Shown: piece by piece, positions 12,841 to 24,959 of the stretch
Numbering within the stretch: position 1 is the stretch's first letter
Layout: every line of letters begins with the position of its first letter
Source of the DNA: Callorhinchus milii
Lineage: Eukaryota
Length of the DNA stretch: 64,000 nucleotides
Assembly: GCF_018977255.1 (NCBI RefSeq)
Contig: NW_024704742.1
Span: 44,022,001-44,086,000, forward strand
Direction of reading: 5' to 3'
Made by a program: the position numbers and the translations under genes
The notes under the pieces: generated by a model
Databases searched by the model: none
The model's input: only the letters and a program-made list of their open reading frames with translations
Told to the model about the DNA's origin: nothing

Positions 12841-13877
12841 TATTTAATGCTACAGTAATCTCTAATAATGCCAGATTATGGTGTCACAGTGAATTAGCAC
12901 AATTTTAATTTTAACATTTTCTAATGATGAAAAGAACTAATTTGGAAGGCACTGATTGAATATCCTAACCACTAATACGTATTTAGAAAATACTGCAAGT
13001 CTTCTTCATTGGTATTTATCAATAGATAAAATGTTGCAATACGAGATTAAAGATTTTACAATGGGTAGGATCGAGATTTGAATTTTAAATGCTTATGAGG
13101 TTATCTGAAGAAGTGCTTTATAATAGATTACTCTTGATAAATAGCTAATAAATAGCTAAGCAATTTAATTTTGCTGTAGATAGTGTGTATTCATGATATT
13201 GTGAAGAAAAGAGTTATTGAAGAAGGAAGAGTTGTAAATTTGCAATCTCCTTTTAGCTTCTGCCATCATGTATAATTTTCTGGTCAAGCTGCCATCTTCT
13301 CCATAGCCTCTGGTAATGTCCTTCTTTAGTCAGGTGCTGGGTAGTGGTGCTGAAGAACAGCTAGCATTGATTCAAGTTTATGTGTACGCGTATTATTTCC
13401 CATTCTCTTTGCTGTTGTTCATTGTTGAAAACTGTCTAATTGCCTCTCTATCCTTATGATATGTATGATAAAGACTAACCACATACTGTTGTAGGAGTTT
13501 TGGCGAAAAGCCTGCATTAGTTCTGGAGAGAGATGCTCTACAAATTACTGTCAATGCAAAGCACTTGTCTACACCGTATTAGTTTTTGGGGAAAGAACTT
13601 TTATCTATCAAATAAAAGCTATTGTAAAAAGCCAGATCTTTTTGAAAACTGAAATAAGTGAATTCTTCTGATATTCTCCTGGAACTCGTTTGCGATTATT
13701 GTATATGTGCCAAGAGTATGTACTCTGACAATGAAATACTCTGTGGCAACACACAGACCTGCTCCAGATGGAACCAAATCCCTGATGTCAATTGAGCATA
13801 TTCTACTGGAGAAGCCCAAATCCTTCAAAAGAAGTCTGTCTTCAAATAACAATAATCCTTTCATTTGATTAACGACG

Positions 13878-15240
13878 TTCACATCAGGAGGACGTCACAA
13901 AGTGCTTCACGGGATTAATTGTAAAGTGTAGTGACAGTATTTTTGAAGGCTAATGTGGAAGCCAATTTGCATACCGTGAAGTATGTGACTCCCACTGCGA
14001 GGAAATGCTGGACTTTCTTGAGTCCAAAATCGAGGGAATCTGCGCAGCTGCCACTGCCCTCCCAACTTCCACCCCTTCCCTACCAACCCCCCCACTACCC
14101 ATCCCTCCTTACACACCTTTGAACCTGTCACCCCTCCTCTGTCATCACCACCATATCCTCCATGAAGTCCACCACCTGCTCCCTGGACCCCATCCCCAAC
14201 CCCTCTCCTTAAATCCCAGCTCCACCTCCTTGCCCCACTACTCACCGACATCATCAACCTCTCCCTGTCATCTGGCACTGTTCCTACCCCCTTCAAAACA
14301 GCCACTATCACCTCCACTTTGAAGAAACCTTCCCTTGACCCATCACAGCTATCCAGCTACCGGCCCATCTCCCACCTCCCTTTTCTGTCTAAGGTCCTTG
14401 AGAGAGCCGTCACCTCCCAGCTTCGCTCTTTCCTCTCCTCCCTCTCTCTCCATGAGCCCCTCCAATCGGGATTCCATGCTGCCCACAGCACGGAAACTGT
14501 TCTGGTCAAGGTCACAAATGACATCCTGACCATGTGTGACCAGGGCTCCCTCTGCCTCCTCGTCCTCCTCGACCTCTCCGCTGCCTCATGACCCAACTGT
14601 GCAGCGCCTTGGGACGTCCTCCTGACGTGAAAGGCGCTCTATAAATGGAATCTTGTTGTTGTTGTTGTTGCCTTTGATACTGTGGACCACTCAATCCTCC
14701 TCCACCGCCTCTCCTCCCACCTCAACCTTCAGTGGGCTCCGGCCTGCTCCATGTCTCCGGTCTGATCTGCCCTACCATCGGTGACCGGGCTTTCAGCCTC
14801 TCTGCCCCCACACTCTGGAACTCCATCCCACAGTCCCTTCCCCTCGCTTCCTCCCTTGCCTCCTTCAAGGCCAATCTCAAGACCCTCTTTGATCGTGCAT
14901 TCAGTCGCCCTCCCACCTCTCTGCCTTCCCTCACCCCTACCCCACCCCTCCTCCATTGCTTGGGTCCTGACCCCTGACTGTCCAGCACCTTGGGACATCC
15001 TCCCGATGTGAAAGGCGCTCTATAAATGTAATGTTGTTGTTGTTGTGATGTTCTACAAGCAAACATGAAGTAAGTAACCAGTTTTATCTGGAGGATTGTT
15101 GGCTAGGACACCGACAACTCCATTTTCTTTTTAAATAGAGCCATGGGATCTTTTAACATTCAACTGAACTGGCGGAAAGAATTTTGATTTAATGTCTCAT
15201 TTGAAGGATGGCACCTCAGACAGCTCCCCCAGCATTGCAT
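13878..15240 (-). mobile_element. SINE family A (antisense), split by an L2 insertion at 13980-15044
   Basis: Tail half at 13878-13979; body half at 15045-15240 (CCATGGGATCTTT); GTGA duplicated at both junctions. Confidence 0.7.
13980..15044 (+). mobile_element. L2 LINE RT fragment with internal deletion and a nested L2 3' end
   Basis: KKPSLDP...YRPISHLPFLSKVLE...QSGF...HSTET...LLDLSAAFDTVDH; (TTG)n tail. Confidence 0.92.
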
Positions 15241-15573
15241 TGCACATTAAATGGTGAAAATTAGGTACAGGTATAAGGCAAATGATGAAGGATGCCTAAT
15301 GTTGTGATCAATACCACCACCACCAAAAACAACAACCTGCATTTAGTATAGCGCCCTTCATGTGGAGTAGCGTGTCGGAGTGCTTAAAACTCTGAATTGT
15401 AACTGAGATGCCTGTGACCACAATATGTAATAGTGGGTCAGAAGGACAAAATGAGGCAGAAATAAAGAAACATGGAGGAAAGTCCTATAATCTAGTGTGG
15501 ATAGAATTAGGTTTCATTCTTTTGTAGGAAGAAATGTTTTCAGTACTTAATCTTTGGGTCATATAAAAAAAAT

Positions 15574-15940
15574 CAGTAAAGATCCCATGGCACGATTCGA
15601 AAAGAGAAGGAAGTTTTTCCTGATCTCCTGGTCAATAATCTCCCAAATAAAATTTGTCATTCACTTAATTTCTATAGTGGGACATTGTTTTTTGCAAATT
15701 GGCTGCTCAGTTTCCCTAAAATATGCAGTACATCCTCTGTAGCACCTTTGCAATATCCTTTTGACGTGAAAGACGCTACACCAAATGTAAGGATTTTTTT
15801 TTACCAACTGAGCAAGATTTGACACACAAATTGATATACAAATATACAATCAATTACTTTGGAGTATATTCTGTGATTCCTTTGAGATATCTAGAAGACG
15901 TGATAAGACGCTTTATCTAATGCAAGGATTATTATTATAA
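15574..15940 (+). mobile_element. SINE family A 3' part plus a second tail fragment
   Basis: AAAGATCCCATGGCACGATTCGAAAAGAG; two GACGTGA...AATGCAAGGAT-type tails. Confidence 0.7.
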
Positions 15941-17336
15941 TCGTTGGAAGAATGTCTCAAAGCACTTGATAGGATATTCTGAAAAGCTTAGTGACTGTTT
16001 AACTAGATGTTTGCAGTATAGATGAACTCTTTTTTGCCTTATGTAGTTTGGGGAAAAGTAACCACTTAGATTTCTTTGCGCTAGCCTTATTTTGTGAAAT
16101 CATGTAATTCGTAATCCCGAAATGAAGTTCTGACTCATCACCGCATGTGTACTTGCCGACTGCATTGAAGTAAGCATCGAAGTGGACACGCGCAGGATAG
16201 ATTATTGATTGATTCAGATTTTATATGACTTGTGCAGGTTTGCCCGTAACTCATAGTTCGTGGAAGTCATTTTAAATGTTATGGTCCTCCTGACGTGAAA
16301 GGTGCTATACAAATGTAATTTGTTGTTGTTGATGTGACTTGTGTGAGTTTTACTGTAGTGAATTAATTTGATTTGGGTGTGGGGGGGGAGAATTTGGAAG
16401 AGGAAGGAATATAAACCAGGTTACATCAGTATATCCTGTGAAGCGCTTTCAGCGGTCTGGATGACATGGTACGCATTATATCAAATGCAAAGATTATTAT
16501 AATAAGGAGCTTATTAATACTGATGGTAATTGGTCCTTTTTTGATGAAATCTGATTCCAAATACTGGGACTCCACTGTAGGACCTAAAATACTGAAATGT
16601 CTTCAAGGGCTTTACATGTAATTCTATCAGGTTGGGTGACCGTGTTTGTAGGTGAATGTAACTAATTTGCATGTAACAAGCCTCATGAGCAGCTATTAAA
16701 TAAAAATCCTGAGTTGAACCTTCAACTTTTGGCGTGAGTCCTATGAACTGAGCCGACATATTACCCCCAAGTGGTGTCTGGCCAATAATTTGTAAATTGC
16801 CAGCATAACCTTCAAAGACTTGGACTCTATTTTAACTGCTACTACTCTATCAGTAAACTCTGCATAACTCAACCCTGGCTTAATTGTCACTACCACTTAA
16901 CTTGCCATGCCATCAATATCCTGAACCCTTCCCAAGCAAAATATTAATAAGGGACCTTGCTTTACTTGTCACTCTGCTGAACACGTAGCCAATCGAATTA
17001 GAAATTCTTGTGAGTACTTACAATGTAAAATTGTTCATCCTGCATAGCCGGTCTATTAGAGGACTGCAGCATGGCCTCCTGCCCTATCCTGTTGCGAGGC
17101 TTCTGGTCTGCCTGCAGATGAGGTGTCTGCAATGCATCTGAGTTTGCGCACCTAATCTCCGCCGACACCCTTACCGGCTGCAACACCACCTTGTGGCCCA
17201 AGAGGACCCATGCCAAACTCATCACCCGCTAGATAACTTGTTGCTCAGCCCCTTTCCCTTGGAGTGACAAGTTATCTGGAGCTCACTGTATATCCTCGCA
17301 TTTTATTTCCATTTTTAACTGATTCACCACAAGGAT

Positions 17337-17756
17337 GTCAGCTGGTAGCATTCACTTCTTAGTCAGAAGGCTGTGGGTTTCAAGGTCCATGTCGAGACTT
17401 TGAAATCAGTCCAGGCTGATGTTCCAGTGCAGTACTGGGTGTGTGCTGCATTGCCTTTGGATGAGATTTTAAATTGAGGTCCTGTCTGTCTACCTGTTCA
17501 GATAAATGTTAACGATCCTATGGTATTATTCTAAAAGAGAAGGGAGTTTCTCTCGGGGTGGTGGCCGACAATTCCCCCAGATACATTTGGTCATTAACCT
17601 CATGGATGTTTGCGGAACATTGTTGTGTGCAAATTTGGCTGTTGTGTTTGCCTACAGAATACACAGATACTACATGTCACAGTAAAACCCTTTTGATGTG
17701 TTTTCGGACATTTCAATGACATGATAAGGTGCTGTATCAAATGCAAGGATTATTAT
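17337..17756 (+). mobile_element. SINE family A, near full length
   Basis: Head, Deu-like body, tail ending GGATTATTAT. Confidence 0.8.
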
Positions 17757-18639
17757 ATTCAAATTGTGAAAATAAAATAGTCAAGGCTATTTACTGACAA
17801 AACACTGCCATTAGCTATGCATCACATTCCTGGTCTTATTTAATGTAAAACAATGTTTTCGTTGTGTATCCTAGAATTAAACCTAATTGTAATAGAAATA
17901 TAGCCAGACAGATGCCAAATTAAACCTAATTCTAATTCAATCCAAACTAGATTGTAGTACTTTCTTCCATGTTTCTTTGTGTTTGGCATCTGTCTGGCTA
18001 TATTTCTATTACAAAATGCAGTTTTTGAATTCTTAAGGCAATAGTAAGCTGCTTCTGGCCAATGTTATGTTAAAGCAAGATGTTAGGCTTCCAATTGCTG
18101 ACTTGTTCATAAAAGCTTTTTAATGTGGTATTTATACAGGATTTGAAACTCCTTGGGTGGCTCAGTGGTGCGATGAATGTGGTAAGATCTGGGTAAATGC
18201 TTGTCATGTCCCAAAGAAGATCCTTTTCCTTTGGTACAGGAAGTTGAAAGTCACTTCTTTGTGGCCGGTTACATTATTAGAGACGAGGCCAGGAACGGGT
18301 CACCCAGACTCTTGACCAAAGGATGGTGGCAACTAATTTAAAGGAACAGAATATTATTATTGATCCTTTTATTTATGTTTTTAATTTGTTATTTTATGCA
18401 GCAGTTATGTAATATTGCCTCAAGGTCTCATGCTACAGAAATCCCTTTGTTTACATATAAGGCATTAGCCACAGATGAACAGAAAAACACATCTCACTGT
18501 TGTGGTTTGGATCTTCCTTTTGGTCTGCCATACGTTCCCTAATGGGTGGGAAATGCTCCCAAGGAAACTTTGTCTTGGACTTTCTGGAGTCAGCAGTGTT
18601 GTCTCATTTACCCTCAACAAATTGCAAAGCGGTTTTAGT

Positions 18640-19016
18640 GGAGTCCTATAGCTTAATGGTTAGAGCACTTGTCTTACAAACAAGAAGATCCAGGTTTGAT
18701 TCCCAGGTGGGACGAAACCATAGGCAAGTTTCCTTACTCCACACACCTCCGTTTACCTATCAGTAAATAGGAACCTGGTTGTTAGTCGATTGGTGGATCG
18801 CTTTTCTGGGAGTAATAATCCCTTAAAAAAAGTATGAATTATAATTTGGCTACTCAATCTATGACTGTATGTGGGACACTGCTGTGTGCAATTGACTGCT
18901 GCGTTTCGCCAACAAAAGTCAATTCATTTTACAGTATAATCTATGAAGCGCTTTGAGACATCTCGAAGAGGTGATAAGACCCTGTATCAAAAAAAATCAA
19001 ATGCAAAGATTATTAT
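18640..19016 (+). mobile_element. tRNA-derived SINE family B, long form
   Basis: GGAGTCCT head with A/B boxes; GGCAAGTTTCCTTACTCC...GTTTACCTATCAGTAAATAGG body; shared tail. Confidence 0.85.
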
Positions 19017-20039
19017 GTTCACAAGGTTAACTGCAATTTGTGAAAAAAAATGACACTTTTACCAGCCACAAAGAAATGCATGAAAATATTTTGGTTAACT
19101 CCATTCTCCTTTATTCTCTGAGATGAGGAGGTTTTTTCTGTACTAAGGGGTTCCAAAATATTTATTGTGCCACTCAATGGTCATTTGGATATCAGTGCTA
19201 AATATGGAGCACAAATCGTTAATCTCATCTAGACAATGAGCTAAAATGTTGAATATTTAACACAAGAATAATAACACTAACATTCTTTTTATTGGAGTTG
19301 TGCTTCATAATTTCTTACAATGTAGTTTGTTTTTCACATGGATTAACAGATCCTTCAATGTAACCCATTTTCACCCTCAGGAGCTGTATTTAGACAAGTG
19401 GTGTGAGTCCATATACGTGAGCCTCTTACCCGATTAGGTTTGCGTCTATCCCTCCGTCTTTTCCTCTCTTTGCCTGTCTTCGAATCACAATGACTTCAAA
19501 TCACAATGACTTCAAATTACAATGACTTCAAATTAAATGCTCTCCTTTTTGACAATGCCTTCGGTTATCCTGCCTTCTATTTCTAGCGCAGCTCTAAACC
19601 ACATTGAGCACTCTGAGATGCTCTTTGTGTGAAGGGGACAATATAAATGCAAGTTGTTGTTGCGTCAGCTATATCGTAATTAGACTGTGATTGCAACTGA
19701 CACAAAGGGACCCTAATGTTTCTGAGTAAGCCGGTGGAGTGGCTTTAAAATCATTAAAGACAAGGTCTTTTTACTTCAATAATAACACTATTCAATGTTA
19801 AACAGCAACTTGCATTGAGGATGAGCATCTTAGATGCACATATAACGAGAGCTCTGCTACATTTGCACTGAACCCAGAGCAAAGAGAAGTCTGTCATAAC
19901 AGTACTGGTTGCCATCTAGGGGAGGCCTATTGCAGTTTTTATGCTGCTAAATCATCTCGACTACAATCCTGGGAGATGATGCAGAGTGGTTAGTAACTTG
20001 ATGGGGTGGTGGAAGGGGAAAATCTGATTGTATTGCGCC

Positions 20040-20383
20040 TAACCCCCTATCAACCTGTCCGCTCCCTCCTCTCAGTGGGCTCTGGCCTGCTTCACGGCCC
20101 CCGCCTTGCCCACTCCACCGTTGGTGGACAGGCCTTCAGCCTCTCTGCCCCATCCTATGGAACTCCATCTCACAGTCCCTCCACCTCGCCCCCTCTCTTG
20201 CCTCCTTCAAGACCCATCTTAAGACCCTCCTCTTCGACCATGCCCTTTGGTCACCCTCCTACCCCCGCCCTTCACCCCTCCTGATCCCAACCACCAGCTC
20301 GGGTGCGGATCCCTGACTGTCCAGTGTTTTGGGATGTTCTCCTGACATGAAAGGCGCTATACAAATCTTAATTTGTTGTTGTC
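20040..20383 (+). mobile_element. L2 LINE 3' fragment
   Basis: LTPYQPVRSLLS..SGLL..PR...STVGGQAFS; tail with (TTG)n. Confidence 0.85.
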
Positions 20384-22365
20384 GTCTTATAGATTGCAAA
20401 TGGATGCTTAAATGTTTAAGAATCATTTGTGTGATTCTTCATGTGGCCTACTTATTCACTGATCATTTTGTTGGACATTCAATAAGTTGCTTCATTACTT
20501 TTTTTTCTCCTCTCCCCACTACCACAACTTTCCCAAACTACAGTTTTCTGCTCTGAAGTTCCACCTTTTTGTGTGATATCTATGCCACTGGGTGCTGTAA
20601 TGTCTCCTGATTTACATTCAGTATGGAAATACAGCAGAAGTTGAGCTATTACAGCTGTGCACGTTGAGTCAGGTATTTTAGATTTTCAAATACATTACAT
20701 GTGAGGAGAGAATTAATTGGCACAGTGTAGAGTACTGAATTAGAGTTATTTTTTGATGAGCACTCCACTAATTGTAATGGTAGAGTGCTTCCTTTCTACT
20801 TTAGTTGTCCTTCCGATGTGAAAGGCGCTATATCAAATGCAGGGATTACTAGCATTAATATGGACAAAGCTGCAACACATGATTGTGTTAGTTCAAGTAA
20901 GGATTCCCACTTCCTCAATTAAATTGTAATTTCATATATTTGACCCGATACTGTCATCCTTTTTGAGATTATTTATAGTTTTAAATATTATTGTTTGATC
21001 TTTGTAGGAGTTTTAGCTGATAACTATTCAGCAGTCAATTGGAATGGATAATTTACTGTTGAAATTCAGTTCTTATGCTGAATTGGAGACCAAGCAGCAA
21101 GTTATTTAATGCGGTCTAAAAGTAAAGCAGATTATGGTGATGAGCACTAAAAACAAATTATTATATTACCATGTTATTGATATTTATTAGAATGCAAGCA
21201 AAATACTGTGTAAAGAATAGAATTCAAGTTTTAACATATTTCTGAAACATTGTGTAGTGTACTTGCACATACATATTGCATCTTGCATTAACTTTTATAA
21301 TCACTTTTTTTAATGGATTGGGAAGAATGAGCATTGAGTAAGACGTTTCTTGCTGGAGATGCAGCTTTGTAGTTTTTCAGAGGTATAATTTGCATTGCAT
21401 TGTGTTATGTTTTGGTAGGTTCTTTTTTTAGTGGAAATAGTAGGTGGATTCAAAGGCAGTTTTGTTCAATAGGTCGAATGCCCTTTTATACTGTTGGAAG
21501 CGATTTGGATCAGGGCACCAGATTTATACTCTTCACTACATCTTTCTCTTAGCAAAGAGCTAACCACTAACTAGTGCCAGCAGAGAGCTAACAGCGAACT
21601 CACGTCAAACTGAGGATTTTTAAATTTTAACAAGCGAATCACTTGACCCTCTCTTTCATAATATTTAAAGCTTCAGTTTAACAGTACAGTACCTCATAAT
21701 TGACTGAGATAAGCTAGATTAATACTGCAGCTACCATCGATTCCTGAAAACCCCTCAAGAGGACAAAAAAGCATTGATCTGTCAAACAAAACTGGCTTTG
21801 ATTTCACCTTTCAGGAGCAGAACTCACAATTTGAACTGATGCAAGGCTACTTATACTGTATTAAATACATTGTATTTTAACCCTTTACACTGCTGGTATG
21901 TCCAATGAAATCTGTCTTTCAGCTGACTAGTCTTAGGCCATTTAGCTTGTAGGCTGCAACACTAAAATGAATTCATATGATAATAGTTATTCAGATGTGA
22001 GCATTACTACTAGATTAATACCTAAACTAAAATAAATACTAAAGTACAAGTGAATTAGAACACTGAAATTTGAGTTCAAATGTATTTAACTTTAAATGTA
22101 TTTAACTGTTTTTCTTCCTATAATTTATTTTTTATTATCTATACATTGTTTTGTATACCTTATTTTTTAAAGTCACCTCACCCCATCTTTCTGTTCCTTC
22201 TGACTGTCCGTATTGCAGGTGCGAGAAAGTTTGGAAAGGATTTTAATGATTCTAAGTAATCTTTAAATGATGACTTTTCAGCGAGGCAATACCTAGAAAG
22301 GCCAGTCTCTTGACATTTTTTAGGTACCAAAGTGGAAAGAGAACTGACAAACAAGTGTACTCCTT

Positions 22366-22736
22366 GGAGACTTATTGGTTACTATGCTCACCTTCCAAGC
22401 GCGAGGAATCTGGCTCGATTCCTGGGCAGGGCAAAACCTTAGACAAGTTTCTGGATTCCACATGCCTCTGTTTACCTAGCATTAAGTAAGAACTTGGTGG
22501 TTAGTCAGTTAACAGATGACTTTTCTGCGAATAATAATCCCTCCAAAAATAATAATAATAATTATTTGGTCACTCAATCCACAATTGTTTGTGGGACACT
22601 GCTATGCACAATTGGTTGCTGCATTTCACCAACAAAATATAAAGTCTTTTTACTATGCAGTATATTCTGTGAAGGGCTTTGAGACGTCTCGAAGATGTGA
22701 TAAACCACTATTCAAATGGAAGCATTATTATTATCA
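22366..22736 (+). mobile_element. SINE family B, long form
   Basis: Aligns with 18640-19016. Confidence 0.8.
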
Positions 22737-22889
22737 TTGTGTCTGTCAGGCATGACTAGACTGTAAGAAGAGAGGCTATCATACACTCCATATGGATCAG
22801 ATTAAAATTCAAACTTCAGAATGTTGCTATAAGACATTTTCACAGATACTTCATAGAAGTAATGTAAACTAATTTTCACCCTGCAGTAA

Positions 22890-23186
22890 ATAATAATAAT
22901 AATAATCCTTGCATTTTATATAGTGTTTTTTACGTCTTCTAGACGTCTCAAAGCGCTTCACAGAATGTACTGTAAAGTGAATCGACTATATTTGTGGGCG
23001 AAACGCGGCAGCCAATTGCGCACAAACAGTCGTGGATTGAAGTGACCAATTAATTTTTTTTCTTGAGGTATTATTATCAGGCGTGTGGAGTAAGGAAACT
23101 TGGCCAAGGTTTCGCCCTGCCGGGAATCAAACCCAGGTCTCTCACTTGTGAGGCGAATGCTCTAACTACTGAGTTACAGCACTTCC
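22890..23186 (-). mobile_element. SINE family B, short form
   Basis: Reverse complement of the 40004-40315 type. Confidence 0.85.
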
Positions 23187-23220
23187 AGTAAAGAACTCTG
23201 AAGTGCAGTTGTTATTTAGA

Positions 23221-24860
23221 ACAACAACAACGTGCACTTATATAGTGCCCTACACGCAGGGAGGCATCTCAGAACGCTTAACAGTGGTGCTTAACGGTCG
23301 AAGAGAAAAGATGTCAGGCGGGATTTGAACGAGGGGAGAGGAGGGGGCAAGGCAGAGGGATTGAGGGAGAATGTTCCAGAGTTTTGAGGCGTAGCGGCTG
23401 AAAGCGCGACCTCTGATGGTGGGGCAGTGGGTGCGAGGGATGAGCAGGAGGCTGGTGCCAGTCGAGCGGAGGTGCTGGGTAGTGGTTTGGGGAGTGAGGA
23501 AGTCGGAGAGGTAGGGAGGTGCCAGGGAGTGAATGGATTTGAACACGGGTGTGAGGGTCTTGGAAGTTATTCAGTGATGGGGAGCCAGTGACGCCTGGCC
23601 AGAGCTGGTGAGATGTGGGTCAGCGTCTGGTCTGGGTCAGTATGAGGGTGGCAGAGGTTTGAATGAGCTGGATATCGTGTGAATGGTGGAGCTGGGGAGA
23701 CCAGCGAGGAGTGTGTTCGAGTAATTCAGGCAGGAGGTGACAAACGTGATAAACCACTATATCACATGGAAGGATTATTATTATCATTGTGTCGGTCAGG
23801 GATAACTAAACTGTAAGAAGGGAGGCTATCATCGTGTCTGTCACGATCCGATTAAAATTCAAACTTCGGAATGTTGCTACAAAACATTTTCACAGACACT
23901 TTATAGAAGTAATGTAAACTAATTTTCACCCTGCAGTAAATAATATTAATAATAATCCTTGCATTTGATATAGAACTTTTCACGTCTTCCAGAAGTCGCA
24001 AAGCGCTTCGCAGAATATACTACAAAGTGAATCGACTGTATATTTGTGGGCAAAACGCGGCAGCCAATTGCGCATGAGGGTTTAGGCTGCATTTGGGGTA
24101 AGGTACGGTCGCAGGTAAGCAATGTGGCGGAGGTGGACCTGGTCAGGGACCGGATGTGGGGAAGGAAGTACAGTTGGGGGACGAACTGGATGCCTAGATT
24201 GTGCACTGGTTCGGTGAGTCTGAGGGAGAGCCCAGGGAGGTTGAAGAGTTTAGATCTGCAGGAATGAAGATGTTGATGGGAGCCAAGGAGTATGGCTTCT
24301 GTCTTGACCATATTCAGCTGCAGGACGTTTACACTCATCCAGGCCTTGTTGTCTGACAGACAAGCTGAGAGAACATTGTTGGACCTGGATTTGGTACTGG
24401 AAGAGGCAAAGTAGATTTGTGTGACATCTGCATATATGTGGAAGTTTACCCCGTGTCTGCGGATGACATCACCCAGAGGGAGCATATAGATAAGGAAAAG
24501 AAGAGGACAAGGATGGAGGCCTGGGGTACCCTGGGGGTGACCGGGCGGGGGCGGAAGAGAAACCATTTGCTGAGATGAAATGGAGGCGGTTGGTTAAGTA
24601 GGACTCGAACCATGCGAGTGCGGTCCCACTAAGGTAGATGAGGGAGGAGAGGCGGTGGAGGAGGATGGCCTGGTTGACTGTGTTGAACGCGGCAGAGAGA
24701 TCCAGGAGGACGAGGAGGTAGAGGGAGCCTCTGGTCACAGATAGAGAGAATGTCGTTTGAGACTTTGACAAGCGCTGTCTCTGTGCTGTGGGCAGCGCGA
24801 AAACCAGACTGCAGGGGCTCGAGGAGGGAGTGGAGGGAGAGGTGTGACCAAAGTTGACCT
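23221..24860 (-). mobile_element. L2 LINE RT/3' fragment, interrupted at 23746-24074 by a local duplication
   Basis: QSGFRAAHSTETAL, LLDLSAAFNTV, FHIYAD, LQLNMVKTE, FKSIHSLAPPYLSD; (CAA)n at 23222. Confidence 0.92.
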
Positions 24861-24959
24861 TGAAATAATGTGTTCCAGGACTTTGGCAAGGAATTGTGCC
24901 TCTTTAAATCCTTTTTTGTGAAACCAAATTGACAAATAAAATACTGTAATATGTATTTA

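Noticed and set aside
19483..19535. 3 x 16-bp tandem repeat (also 21-bp x 2 near 59387)
   Set aside because: Ordinary slippage duplications.
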